A stretch of 64,000 nucleotides of DNA, taken from positions 5,642,001 through 5,706,000 of the forward strand of contig NC_090338.1 of the NCBI RefSeq assembly GCF_035084215.1, read 5' to 3'. The DNA comes from Heptranchias perlo. Its lineage: Eukaryota. How positions within the stretch are numbered: position 1 is the first letter of the stretch; every line of letters begins with the position of its first letter. This document shows positions 37,950-51,148 of this stretch, one piece after another. Under the pieces are notes generated by a model, which had not been told where the DNA came from, did not search any database, and was given only the letters and a program-made list of their open reading frames with translations. Both the position numbers and the translations under genes were made by a program.

Positions 37950-38400
37950 TAAGAACATAAGAAATAGGAGCAGGAGTAGGCCATTCGGCCCCTCAAGCCT
38001 GTTCCACCATTCAATAAGATCATGGCTGATCTTCAACCTCAAATAGAGGGATATGGGCCAAGTGCAGGCAATTGGGACTAGCTTAGTGGTATAAACTGGG
38101 CGACATTGTCATGTTGGGCTGAAGGGCCTGTTTCCATGTTGTAACTTCTATGACTTCTATGATTCTAACTCCACTTTCCCGCCTGATCCCTTGATTCCAT
38201 TACTGTCAAAATATCCATTGATCTCAATTTTGAATATACTCAACGACTCAGCATCCACAGCCCTCTGGGGTAGAGAATTCCAAAGGTTCACAACCCTCTG
38301 AGTGAAGAAATTCCTCCTCATCTCAGTCTCAAATGGCCGACCCCTTATCTTGAGACCATGATCCCTAGTTATAGACTCTCCAGTCAAGGGAAACAACTCT
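37950..38400 (-). mobile_element. CR1 3' end with nested young CR1 tail (+, 38043-38166)
   Basis: The nested piece matches 22857-22972; host CCTCAA/CTCCAC is split. Confidence 0.88.
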
Positions 38401-39865
38401 ACTTCATTAGCTGTGAAGCACTTTTGGGATGTCCTGAGGTGGTGAAAGTCAAGATATAAATGCAACTTCTTTCTTAACGGGAGCGCAGATTGGGCTTGAA
38501 GGTCATCGAAGGCAGTTGGCAACAACCCCTATCTTCTGGTCATTAAATCCAATGTTTTCCACATCCAAGGAGCCACGAAGGAACGGGAACAAAGACTGGG
38601 AAGGGACTACCATCGGTGGAAACAAAAGCCAGGCCCCGCCCAGGCCCATCAGTGGCCCACTGGGTCCTGTATATGACCACGCCATGGATTCTCATTTCAG
38701 AAGCGGTTGTGGGCCAGGATTTTCCGTCGTTGCTGAAGGGTGGGAGGAGGCTCGCGTGGAGCATAAACACCGGCATGGACCAGTAGGGCCGAACGGCCTG
38801 TTTCTATGCTGTGCGTTCTCAAGAGAGCTGGAATACAAGGGGGAGGAAGTGATGCTTCAGTTGTACAGAGCCTTGGTCTGACCCCATCTGGAGACTATGT
38901 TCAGTTTTGGGCACCGCACCTCAGCAAATATATATTGGCCTTGGAGGGAATGCATCACAAATTCACCAGCATTATACCAGGGCTTAAAGGGTTAAATTAT
39001 AAGGCCAGGAACATAGGAACAGGAACTGGCCATTCAGCCCCTCGAGCCTGTTTCACCATTCAATGAGATCATGGCTGATCTGTATCCTAACTCCATCCAC
39101 CTGCTTTGGCTCCATATCCCTCAATACCCTTGGCTAGTGAACATCTATCGAACTCAGATTTAAAATTATTAATTGAGTTAGCATCTATTGCTTTTTGTGG
39201 GAGAGAGTTCCACACTTCTACCACCCTTTGTGTGAAGAAGTGTTTCCTAACTTCTCTCCTGAATGGCTCTGATTTTAAGGTTACGTCCCCTTGTCCTAGA
39301 CTCCCCCACCAGCAGAAAAAGTTTCTCTCTATCTACCCTATCAATTCCTGTCAAAATCCTAACAACCTCAATCAAATCACCCCCTAACCTTCTATATTCC
39401 AGGCAATACAAGGCTAGTTTATGTAATCGCTCCTCATAATCTAACCCTTGGAGTCCTGGTAACGTTCTAGGGAATCTGCACTGCACTCCCTCCAAGGCCG
39501 GTATATCCTTTCTAAGGTGCGGTGCCTGGAACTCGACACAGTTCTCCAGATGTGGTCTAACCAGGGCTTTGTACAGCTGTAGCAAAACTTCCTCCCCTTT
39601 ATATTCTCGCCCTCTGGCTATAAAGCCTAACATTCCATTAGCCTTGTTGATTATTTTTTGTACCTGACTATACTTTAGTGACCTGTGTACACGGACCCCG
39701 AAATCTCTTTGGACCTCCACTGTTGCGAGCTTTTCACTGTTTAAAAAACACTTACCTGGGTTGAAATCCATCTGTCACAGTTTTGCCCACTCACTTAATC
39801 TATCAATGTGTCTTTGTAATTTTATGTTCCTGTTTATACTACTTACTATGCCACCAATATTTGTG

Positions 39866-39993
39866 ATGTGGAGATGCCGGTGATGGACTGGGGTGGACAA
39901 ATGTAAGGAATCTTACAACACCAGGTTATAGTCCAACAAATTTATTTTAAAAATAAATTTGTTGGACTATAACCTGGTGTTGTAAGATTCCTT
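39866..39993. mobile_element. Short Penelope-like fold-back insert (hammerhead segment absent)
   Basis: Same family as 8821-9025; perfect palindrome centred on 39949; 13-bp TSD ACCAATATTTGTG (39853-39865 and 39994-40006). Confidence 0.82.
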
Positions 39994-40414
39994 ACCAATA
40001 TTTGTGTCATCGACAAACCTCGATATGTGGCTCTCTATTGTGTTATCTAAGTCATTAATAAATATAGTGAATAGTTGAGGCCCCAGCACAGAACCTTGTG
40101 GGACACCACTAGTCACTTCCTTCCAATTCGAATATATACCCATTATCCCTAATCTCTGTCTTCTACCACCTAACCAATCTCCTAACCAGGTCAATAATTT
40201 GCCTTCAATTCCATAAGCTTTAATTTTAGCTAACAGTCTCTTAAGTGAAATCTTATCAAATGCCTTCTGGTAGTCCATATAAACTACATCCATAGATATT
40301 CCCCTGTCTACTACTTTAGTTACTTCCTCAAAAAATTCAATTAGGTTTGTTAGACATGACCTACCCCTTATAAATCCATGTTGGCTCTCTCTAATCAGCT
40401 CAAATTTCTCCACA

Positions 40415-41817
40415 TCCAATCCGGCCAATTACCGCCCCATCAGTCTACTCTCAATCATCAGCAAAGTGATGGAAGGTGTCGTCGACAGTGCTATCAAGCG
40501 GCACTTACTCACCAATAACCTGCTCACCGATGCTCAGTTTGGGTTCCGCCAGGACCACTCGGCTCCAGACCTCATTACAGCCTTGGTCCAAACATGGACA
40601 AAAGAGCTGAATTCAAGAGGTGAGGTGAGAGTGACTGCCCTTGACATCAAGGCAGCATTTGACCGAGTGTGGCACCAAGGAGCCCTAGTAAAATTGAAGT
40701 CAATGGGAATCAGGGGGAAAACTCTCCAGTGGCTGGAGTCATACCTTGCACAAAGGAAGATGGTAGTGGTTGTTGGAGGCCAATCATCTCAGCCCCAGGG
40801 CATTGCTGCAGGAGTTCCTCAGGGCAGTGTCCTTGGCCCAACCATCTTCAGCTGCTTCATCAATGACCTTCCCTCCATCATAAGGTCAGAAATGGGGATG
40901 TTCGCTGATGACTGCACAGTGTTCAGTTCCATTCGCAACCCCTCAGATAATGAAGCAGTCCGAGCCTGCATGCAGCAAGACCTGGACAACATCCAGGCTT
41001 GGGCTCATAAGTGGCAAGTAACATTCGCGCCAGATAAGTGCCAGGCAATGACCATCTCCAACAAGAGAGAGTCTAACCACCTCCCCTTGACATTCAACGG
41101 CATTACCATCGCCGAATCCCCCACCATCAACATCCTGGGGGTCACCATTGACCAGAAACTTAACTGGACCAGCCATATAAATACTGTGGCTACGAGAGCA
41201 GGTCAGAGGCTGGGTATTCTGCGGCGAGTGACTCACCTCCTGACTCCCCAAAGCCTTTCCACCATCTACAAGGCACAAGTCAGGAGTGTGATGGAATACT
41301 CTCCACTTGCCTGGATGAGTGCAGCTCCAACAACACTCAAGAAGCTCGACACCATCCAAGATAAAGCAGCCCGCTTGATTGGCACCCCATCCACCACCCT
41401 AAACATTCACTCCCTTCACCACCGGCGCACTGTGGCTGCAGTGTGCACCATCCACAGGATGCACTGCAGCAACTCGCCAAGGCTTCTTCGACAGCACCTC
41501 ACAAACCCGCGACCTCTACCACCTAGAAGGACAAGGGCAGCAGGCACATGGGAACAACACCATCTGCACGTTCCCCTCCAAGTCACACACCATCCCGACT
41601 TGGAAATATATCGCCGTTCCTTCATTGTCGCTGGGTCAAAATCCTGGAACTCCCTTCCTAACAGCACTGTGGGAGAACCGTCACCACACGGACTGCAGCG
41701 GTTCAAGAAGGCGGCTCACCACCACCTTCTCGTGGGCAATTAGGGATGGGCAATAAATGCCGGCCTTGCCAGCGACGCCCACATCCCGTGAACGAATAAA
41801 AAAAAAATAAAAAAAAA
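40415..41817 (+). mobile_element. 5'-truncated single-ORF LINE copy with open RT frame and A tail
   Basis: 425-aa ORF 40466-41743; ACAT duplicated at the flanks. Confidence 0.95.
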
Positions 41818-42799
41818 CATGTTCAGTCTCTCTGTCCTTAATTATAGATTCCAATAACTTCCCCAAAACAGATGTTACACTAACAGGTCAATAATTTTCT
41901 GGTGTCTCTCTCATCTTTCTTAAATAATGGAGTTACATTTGAAATTTTCCAATCTAAAAGGGACAATTCCTGAATCGAGAGAGCTTTGGAAGATTATGGT
42001 TAAAACATCTGCAATTTCCTCACCTACTGCCTTTAAAACCCTGGGGTGGAAACCATCAGGTCCTGGGGATTGGTCAGTCTTTAGTGCCATTATTTTTTCT
42101 AATACTGTTTTCTTGCGTTTGTTAACTTTAGTGAGTTCTAGTCCTTGTTTCGTTATTAGTTTCCCTGGAATGTCAGGTATATTGACCTCTTCCTCTACTG
42201 TGAAGACTGACACAAAGTAATCATTCAACAAGTCTGCCATTTCCTTATTTTCATTTTCAATATTACCCACATCTGTTTTTAAAGGGCCCACATTACCCTT
42301 GACTGCCCTTCCTCTTCCAATAGAAGTGTAAAAACTTCGTGTTTTAATCTTGATATCCCTCACAAGTTTCTTTTCATATTCCTTTATGAAGCTCTCACTA
42401 TCTCTTTTGTCTTCCTTTGCTGTTCTTTATGTCTCTCCCAGTCCCCTGGATCTACAATATTCTTTGCTCTTTTGTGTAATCTTTCCTTTAGTTTAACGTT
42501 ATCTCTCACCTCTTTTGTTGACCATGGCTGTTTTATTTGGTAAGTAGAGCTCTTGCCCCATAGGGGTATATACTGGTACTGTATTAAGCTAAATTCTTTT
42601 TTGAGCACCTCCCGATGTTCACCTGTAGTTTTACCCAATAACAGTTTTGACCCGTTTGCTGTGGTCAGTCTCAGTCTCATCCCATTAAAGTTATTGAAGA
42701 GGACAGGTTGCATAAACTTGGTTTGTATTCCCTTGAGTTCAGACAGTTGAAGGCTAATCTGATCGAGGTGTTTAAAATGATAAAAGGATTTGATGGCCT

Positions 42800-44611
42800 A
42801 GTGAATGGTGGTGGACAATTAAACAACTAACGGGAGGAGGAGGCTCTGTAAATATCCCGATCATCAATGATGGCGGAGTCCAGCAAGTGAGTGCAAAAGA
42901 CAAGGCTGAAGTGTTTGCAACCATCTTCAGCCAGAAGTGTTGAGTGGATGATCCATCTCGGCCTCCTGTCGATATCCCCACCATCACAGAAGCCAATCTT
43001 CAGCCAGTTCGATTCACTCCACGTGATATCAAGAAACGGCTGAGTGCACTGGATACAGCAAAGGCTATGGGCCCCGACAACATCCCAGCTGTAGTGCTGC
43101 AGACTTGTGCCCCAGAACTAGCCGCGCCTCGAGCCAAGCTGTTCCAGTACAGCTACAACACTGGCATCTACCTGACAATGTGGAAAATTGCCCAGGTATG
43201 TCCTGTCCACAAAAAGCAGGACAAATCCAATCCGGCCAATTACTGCCCCATCAGTCTACTCTCAATCATCAGCAAAGTGATGGAAGGTGACGTCGACAGT
43301 GTTATCAAGCGGCACTTACTCACCAATAACCTGCTCACCGATGCTCAGTTTGGGTTCCACCAGGACCACTCGGCTCCAGACCTCATTACAGCCTTGGTCC
43401 AAACAAAAGAGCTAAATTCCAGAGGTGAGGTGAGAGTGACTGCCCTTGACATCAAGGCAGCATTTGATTGAGTGTGGCACCAAGGAGCCCCAGTAAAATT
43501 GAAGTCAATGGGAATAAGGGGGAAAACTCTCCAGTGGCTGGAGTCATACCTAGCACAAAGGAAGATGGTAGTGATTGTTGGAGGCCAATCATCTCAGCCC
43601 CAGGGCATTGCTGCAGGAGTTCCTCAGGGCAGTGTCCTAGGCCCAACCATCTTCAGCTGCTTCATCAATGACCTTCCCTCCATCATAAGGTCAGAAATGG
43701 AGATGTTCGCTGATGATTGCACAGTGTTCAGTTCCATTCGCAACCCCTCAGTTAATGAAGCAGTCTGTGCCCGTATGCAGCAAGACTTGGACAACATCCA
43801 GGCTTGGGCTGATAAGTGACAAGTAACATTCACGCCAGACAAGTGCCAGGCAATGACCATCTCCAACAAGAGAAAGTCAAACCACCTCCCCTTGACATTC
43901 AACGGCATTACCATCGCCGAATCCCCCACCATCAACATCCTGGGGGTCACCATTGACCAGAAACTTAACTGGACCAGCCACATAAATACTGTGGCTACGA
44001 GAGCAGGTCAGAGGCTGGGTATTCTGTGGTGAGTGACTCACCTCCTGACTCCCCAAAGCCTTTCCACCATCTACAAGGCACAAGTCAGGAGTGTGATGGA
44101 ATACTCTCCACTTGCCTGGATGAGTGCAGCTCCAACAACACTCAAGAAGCTCGACACCATCCAGGACAAAGCAGCCCGCTTGATTGGCACCCCATCCACC
44201 ACCCTAAACATTCACTCCCTTCACCACCGGCGCACTGTGGCTGCAGTGTGTACCATCCACAGGATGCACTGCAGCAACTCGCCAAGGCTTCTTCGACAGC
44301 ACCTCTCAAACCCGTGACCTCTACCACCTAGAAGGACAAGGGCAGCAGGCGCATGGGAACAACACCACCTGTATGTTCCCCTCCAAGTCACACACCATCC
44401 CGACTTGGAAATATATCGTCGTTCCTTCATCGTTGCTGGGTCAAAATCCTGGAACTCCCTTCCTGACAGCACTGTGGGAGAACCTTCACCACACGGACTG
44501 CAGCGGTTCAAGAAGGCGGCTCACCACCACCTTCTCAAGGGCAAATAGGGATGGGCAATAAATGCCGGCCTTGCCAGCGATGCCCACATCCCATGAACGA
44601 ATAATAAAAAA
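42800..44611 (+). mobile_element. 5'-truncated single-ORF LINE copy with nonsense lesions
   Basis: Collinear with 20755-24354 minus the CR1 insert. Confidence 0.94.
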
Positions 44612-44652
44612 ATAGAGAGAAACTATTTCCTCTTGTGGGAGAGTCCAGAACA

Positions 44653-44682
44653 TTAGGGTTAGGGTTAGGGTTAGGGTTAGGG
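44653..44682 (+). repeat. Interstitial telomeric repeat (TTAGGG)5
   Basis: Five perfect units inside a CR1. Confidence 0.95.
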
Positions 44683-45324
44683 ACAGAACCCTAAGATTAG
44701 AGCCAGGCCATTCAGAAGTGAAATCAGGAAGCACAGGTTAATGGAAATCTGGAACTCTCTCCCCCAAGAGGCTGTGGATGCTGGGGGTCAATTGAAATTG
44801 TCAAGACTGAGATCGATAGATTTTTGTTGGGTAAGGGTATCGAGGGATACGGAGCAAAGGCGGTAAATGGAGTTGAGGTACAGATCAGCCATGATCTGAC
44901 TGAATGGCAGAGCAGGCCCGAGGGGCTGAATGGCCTCCTCCAGTTCCCGTGTTCCCAGAGTGTCTGATGGCTCTCCAACGACCCTTGGTGGACAGGACAG
45001 GATCGGGTTTCACTGTGATGCCCTCAGGGTCAAATAGCTTGCCTGAACTCATTTGCAGAGAGCTTTCTCATGTCATTGTAACATCATCAAAAGTTAACCT
45101 TCATAACTCTGAATAAAGCAACACAGATCTTGTTTGGGTGTTTTTTTTTCATTATTAAATTGAAACAGGAAGCTGTGCGTCTGGGACTTTCCACAGCAGA
45201 TTGTTGCTAGGTGCTGTCCCTATAACCTCCTTGTTCCATTGAACAGGTATGCAGTGGGTGTAGTCAGACATGCGCACTGAAAATCCCCAATTAATCAAGT
45301 ACAGAGCCCAGCTCTGAGAGCGTG

Positions 45325-45540
45325 ATCATAGAATCTTTCAGCACAGGAGGGAGCCTTTCGGCCCATCGTGCCTGTGCCGGCTCTCTGAGAAAGCTATCCA
45401 ATTAGTCCCACTCCCCCTGCTCTTTCCCCGTAGCCTGCAAATTTTTTCCCCTTCAAGTATTTATCCAATTCCCTTTTGAAAGTCATTATTGAATCTGCTT
45501 CCACCGCCCTTTCAGGCAGCGCATTCCAGATCATCACAAC
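45325..45540 (-). mobile_element. CR1 3' end
   Basis: Homologous to 8200-8415. Confidence 0.88.
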
Positions 45541-45699
45541 TGTTGTTGCTCGGGCTAATTTTAACTCTGCCCGTCTGATGGACAGGGGACAGTAGTGGAC
45601 CTGAAATCGCAGCGCTGCGCTCCCAGCCCCGTTCCCGTTCGGATCCCGCCCGCCGCCATGTTGCCCGGGGCCTTCCGCCTGCCAATTCAGGCAGGGGCC

Positions 45700-46180
45700 T
45701 CACCGTGGCTCAGTGGGCAGCACTCTCACCTCTGCATCAGAAAGTTGTGGGTTCAAACGCCACTCCTAGAGGCTTGAACACATAACCCGGGCTGGCGCTC
45801 CCAGTGCCAATACCGAGGGAGTGCTGCACTGTCGGGGATGCCGTCTTTTGTGTGAGAAATTAAACCGAGGCCCCGTCTGCCCTCTCAGGTGGGCGTAAAA
45901 GATCCCACGGCCACTATTTCGAAGAAGAGCAGGGGGGAGTTCTCTCCCCGGTGTCCTGGGCCCAATATTTATCCCTCAACCAACATCGCTAAAAACAGAT
46001 CACCTGGTCATTAATCTCATTGCTGTTTGTGGGATCTTGCTGTGCGCGAATTGGCTGCCGCATTTCCTACATTACAACAGTGACCACACTTCAAAAAATA
46101 CTTCATTGGTTGTAAAGCGCTTTGGGACATCCCGAGGTCGTGAAAGGCGATATATAAATGCAAGTCTTTCTTTCTTCTTT
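45700..46180 (+). mobile_element. tRNA-derived Deu-domain SINE, full length
   Basis: A box TGGCTCAGTGG, B box GGTTCAAACGC, Deu core and (TCTT)n tail. Confidence 0.88.
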
Positions 46181-46525
46181 CTTTCTCCCTCATGTGTTCA
46201 TCTCGATCCCCCTTAAATGCATCGATGATATTCGCCTCAACCACTCCTTGTGGTAGCGAGTTCCACATTCTCACCACTCTCTGGGTAAAAAAAAAATTCT
46301 CCTCAATTGCTTATTGGATTTATTAGTGACTATCTTATATTTATGGCCCCTACTTCTGGTCTCCCCCCACAATTGGAAACATCTTCTCCACGTCCACCCT
46401 ATGGAACCCCTTCATAATCTTAAAGACCTCGATCAGGTCACCCCTTCAGCCTTCCTTTTTCTAGAGAAAAGAGCCCCAGTCTATTCAATCTGTCCTGATA
46501 GTTATACCCTCTCAGTTCTGGTATC
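46180..46525 (-). mobile_element. Old CR1 fragment
   Basis: VRMWNSLPQGVVEAN motif. Confidence 0.8.
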
Positions 46526-46884
46526 GCCCTTGCATGGCATTTTTCACCACGTTTGGGTCAAAGGGGGAACCCGACAGAAATCGTCGGGATTATAAACAGT
46601 CCTGACAAATTAAATAATAACAGCAACAACGTAGTAAAACTTCCCAAAGGCGCTTCGCAGGAGCGATTACCAAACACAAACTAACATCTGGACACACAAT
46701 TGGATATATACATGAAGATGGGCCAAATGGCCTGTTTCTGTGCTGCAATATTCTATGATTCAAGGAGAGATCGGAACTATCAAATTTCGATTGAAACACA
46801 AAGTTGCAATATCCAAGGAACGTAAGAAGAAGGACAGGCTCAACACTTTATTCCGATCAAGTTTACCCTTCTGTCCCAGACATG

Positions 46885-48000
46885 GTGGGATGAGAGGGTT
46901 GTCCTATTGAGAATCCCTACGTGGTCAGTTTTCGGTAAAATATTAAGATGCCTACGTGGCAAAGAAGCAGAATGCAAAATGGTTAGAAAGGGTTAATTAG
47001 TTAGTAACTGAGATTGGTACAAGTGGCCTGGCCTCCTGCTGGGCCATATGCTTGCGTAGTCAGCAGGTTTGCATGGTCTTATCAATGTAGAGTCTTTGAT
47101 GTGAGTCAAGGACTGGTCTGAATGTCTCCATGTTTATGACAGATCAATATAGGTAACGAGCTTAGCCAAAGTTGAAAGACATTCCAGGTTGGGAGATAAG
47201 GAACAGAAGGAAGTATCCCCTTTGATGTCTAATAGCAACATGGTCAGCACATGGATTGTCTATGATTGGCCGGAAATAATGTAACCCCGCATGGCAACCT
47301 ATGCCCGGCTTATGATTGGTGTTGACTCTTGTGTTAATGATGTTCCAACCTCTATCGATCTGTATAAAGGTATGAGTCTTTGTCTTTGTCTTTGTCTCCT
47401 TATTCTGTTAGAATCGTTCGGATTCTCTCAGGAATCTGAATTGAAGCTACAGACTAAGATCTGCTATTAAAGTTGTTTGAACTTTACAGTGTACTCGAAT
47501 CAGTTCTTGCTGAACCAGACTGAGGGGAAAGAATCCGGTTCGTCACTATGAGGAGAGATTGAGTAAAATGGGCCTATATCCTCTGGAGTTTAGAAGAATA
47601 AGAGGTGATCTCATTGAAACATATAAAATTCTTACAGGGTTTGACAGGGTAGATGCTGAGAGGCTGTTTCCCCTGGCTGGAGAGTCTAGAACTAGGGGGC
47701 ATAGTCTCAGGATAAAGAGGTTGGTCATTTAGGACCGAGATGAGGAGAAATTTCTTCACTCAGAGGGTTGTGAATCTTTGGAATGCTCTACCCCAGAGGG
47801 CTGTGGATGATCAGTCGTTGAGTATATTCAAGGCTGAGATCGATGGATATTGGGACACTAAGGGAATCAAGGGATATGGGGATCGGGCGGGAAAGTGGAG
47901 TTGAGGTCGAAGATCAGCCATGATCTGATTGAATAGCGGAGCAGGCTCGAGGGGCCGAATGGCCTACTCCTGCTCCTATTTCTTATGTTTTTATGTGTTT
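46885..48000 (+). mobile_element. CR1 3' fragment split by a solo LTR
   Basis: GGGTTGTCCTAT/GAGGAGAGATTG is interrupted; remainder matches 31977-32420. Confidence 0.9.
46908..47545 (+). mobile_element. Solo LTR, 638 bp (ERV-like or Gypsy-like)
   Basis: TG...CA termini, 4-bp TSD CTAT, two ATTGG boxes (~47266, ~47315), TATAAA at 47363 and ATTAAA at 47466. Confidence 0.88.
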
Positions 48001-48569
48001 CGTTTTATTAGTTAAGTAATTTTTCCCCCTTCTCCCCTGAATAGCGAGATGACACATTGGAGCAAATGGTCTAAGTGTTCAGGAAACCCTCAGGTATATC
48101 ACTGGGACAGGAAGAAGGAACTTATATTTATAGAACGTGTTATGAAATCCACCAAAGCTTCATCACAACCAATTAATTATTTTGGGAGTGCAGTCACTGT
48201 TGTTGTGTAAGCAATCGCGGCAGCCAATTTTGAGCACAGCAAAGTGAGATCCCACCCTCCGAGCAGGGAGCCCTGTGCTCACAAGATCAGAGGTAGGACC
48301 TGTGCCCCCCGCAACCTCAGCTCTTCCCCTGGGATCGCAGCATCACCCAGAGCAAGAAGCCCCCAGCCCCTACCCCCAAACAACACATGAGATGAATGAT
48401 GTTTTCTGCTTGTGTTGGTTGAGGGAGGAATGGTGGTCTAGACATCGGAAGACCTTGCTGTGATTCTGCAAACCGTGCCATGGGCTCTTTTACATCGGGC
48501 CGATTATTCTTGTGGGAACCAAGTTTCCATAGGCGACACAAGCATGGGGAAACACTGCAACTAAGCCCC

Positions 48570-49285
48570 ATCTTGAACCTTGGCGTCTTGTTTGACCCTG
48601 AGCGGAGCTTCCAATCCCATTACCTCTCCATCACCAAGACCGCCGACTCCCACCTCCATAACATCTCCCGTCTCCGCCCTTGCCTCAGCTCATCAGCTGC
48701 TGAAACCCTCATCTACGCCATTGTTGCCTCTACACTTGACTCTTCCAATGCTCTCCAGGCCGGCCTCCCATCTTCCATCCTCCATAAACTTGAGCTCATC
48801 CAAAACACTGCTGCCCTGTATCCAAGTCCCGTTCACCCATCACCTCTGCGCTCGCTGACCTACATTGGCTCCCGGTCTGGCAATGCCTCGATTTTAAAAT
48901 TCTCATCCTTGTTTTCGAATCCCTCCATCGCCTCGCCCCTCCCTATCTCTGTAACCTCCTCCAGCCCTACGACGCTCCCAGATCTCTGCGCTCCTCCAAT
49001 TCTGGCCTCTCTCGCATCCCCGATTTTAATCGCTCCACCATTGGCAGCCGTGCCTTCAGCTGCCTAGGCCCTAAGCTCTGGAATTCCCTCCCTAAACCTC
49101 TCCGCCTCTCTACCTCTCTCTCTTCCTTTTAGTTGCTTCTTAAAACCTACCTCTTTGACCAAGCACCTGTCCTAATATCTCCTTATGTGGCTCGGTGTCA
49201 AATTTTGTTTGATAATCGCTCCTGTGAAGCGCCTTGGGACGTTTTACTACGTTAAAGGCGCTATATAAATGCAAGCTGTTGTATT
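48570..49285 (+). mobile_element. L2 LINE 3' fragment
   Basis: NLGVLFDPERSF...KLELIQNTAA and tail GGCGCTATATAAATGCAAG. Confidence 0.92.
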
Positions 49286-50063
49286 ATCATTGTCCCAGGC
49301 GATATCAGCACTCTCGGGCGCAACGCGAATCCACTCTGGTCGGTACGGCTGGATGAGCAGTGCATTTGCACACTGAGCCAATGGGGAAACTTGTCCTTAA
49401 CGACCTTAACTTTGGGGTTGAGTCTTGGGGTCTTTCTAGGTGCGGGGTCTCTTAATCCAGGTTCAGATTGGAATTGCGGATCTGCCAGATGAAGGAGGTA
49501 TTGTAGACGTGTCCTGGACGTGTCCGTTCGTGCTATTTTCTCCTGGGAGCCTTCTGAAGCTCATTCTCATCTCATCAGCCCCTCCCTGCTCGAAGCAGAA
49601 GAATGCAGCAGAGATTGACTCGATTACACTTTCATTTTTTTTTAATAAAATACAAACAGACGAAGCCTGATTCCCAGAAAATCAGCAACTTTACTCAAGA
49701 AACGTCCAGCTCGAAACTCCCGCCCTGAGCCTGATCTCTGCCCACAAACTCAGTCCTTGTCAAGGCTCAGAAGTCGAGAAACAACGGAGCAGGGTATTAG
49801 CGGAGGGAAATGAAAACCCCCTCCTTTTACTCGATGTTTCACCAGAGGCTTTAGCCCATTCCAAACTCACAGCGTGACATTTGCATTAAAAGGACGAACG
49901 TCACTTGAACACATGGCGGGTGACATTGGCCTTGAGGTGGTAGCAGAAAACGGGCACGAGCGAATCGACCACCCGTTACGCTCCCCGCCCGCTTCTCTCT
50001 TCCGTCTGTGGGGTGTGGAACGATTCGCCCTCACCCAAAATCCGATTCCATCCCCTGCTCACG

Positions 50064-50935
50064 GCCGTGTCAGCCTTGGCTCAGTGGGTTCAGAGTCCCC
50101 ACTCCGGAGACTCGAGCGCATAATCCAGGCTGACACTCCCAGTGAGGGAGCGCTGCGCTGTCGGAGGTGCTGCTGTTTGGATGAGACGTTAAACCGAGGC
50201 CCCCCCCTGCCCTAGGGAGAGGTTAGACAGACTGGGACTTTTTTCCCTGGAGAGTAGGAGGTTTAGGGGTGATCTTATAGAAGTCTATAAAATAATGAGG
50301 GGCATAGATAAGGTCGATAGTCAAAATCTTTTCCCAAAGGTAGGGGAGTCTATAGCGAGGGGACATAGATTTAAGGTGAGAGGGGAGAGATACAAAAGGG
50401 TCCAGAGGGGCAATTTTTTCACTCAAAGGGTGGTGAGTGTCTGGAACGAGCTGCCAGAGGCAGTAGTAGAGGCGGGTACAATTTTGTCTTTTAAAAAGCA
50501 TTTGGACAGTTACATGGGTAAGATGGGTATAGAGGGATATGGGCCAAGTGCAGGCAATTGGGACTAGCTTAGTGGTATAAACTGGGCGACATGGACATGT
50601 TGGGCCGAAGGGCCTGTTTCCATGTTGTAAACTTCTATGATTCTATGATTCTCTCAGGTGGACGTAAAAGATCCCATGACACTCTGTCAAAGAAGAGCAG
50701 GGGGGAGTTCTCCCCGGTGTCCTGGCCCAATATTTATCCCTCAACCAACAAAAACAGATTATCTGAACATTATCACATTGCTGTTTGTGGGATCTTGCTG
50801 TGCGCAAATTGGCTGCCACGTTTCCTACATTACAACGGTGACTACACTTCAGAAGTATTTCATTGGCTGTAAAGCACTTTGGGACGTCCTGAGGTCGTGA
50901 AGGGCATTATAGAAATACTAGTCCGTCTTTCTTTT
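50064..50935 (+). mobile_element. Deu-domain SINE split by a young CR1
   Basis: Core CTGCCCT/CTCAGGTGGAC is interrupted at ~50213-50652. Confidence 0.87.
50213..50652 (+). mobile_element. Young CR1 3' end
   Basis: Near-identical to 22541-22972. Confidence 0.95.
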
Positions 50936-50959
50936 TTTGTTAAGGGTTCAGCCGCTAAA

Positions 50960-51148
50960 CATGCTGCCCCTCGGTGACATCATCCAGAAACACGACATCA
51001 GGATCCACATGTACGCTGACGACACCCAGCTCTACCTCACCACCACCTCCCTCGACCCCTCCACTGCCTCTGATTTGTCACACTGCTTATCCGACATACT
51101 GGATGAGCAAACATGTCCTCCAATTAAATATTGGGAAGACCGATGCCA
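50960..51148 (+). mobile_element. L2 RT fragment
   Basis: [12 protein letters not shown] and LQLNIGKT. Confidence 0.85.

Larger units (their letters stand above)
39008..42690 (-). mobile_element. CR1 LINE split by a Penelope-like insert and a single-ORF LINE copy
   Basis: ORFs 42384-42713, 41920-42363, 39967-40428 and 39247-39771 are collinear CR1 ORF2 pieces. Confidence 0.9.
42690..44950 (+). mobile_element. CR1 3' fragment split by a single-ORF LINE copy
   Basis: AAAGGATTTGAT (42783) resumes as TAGAGAGAAACTATTTCC (44612). Confidence 0.85.
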
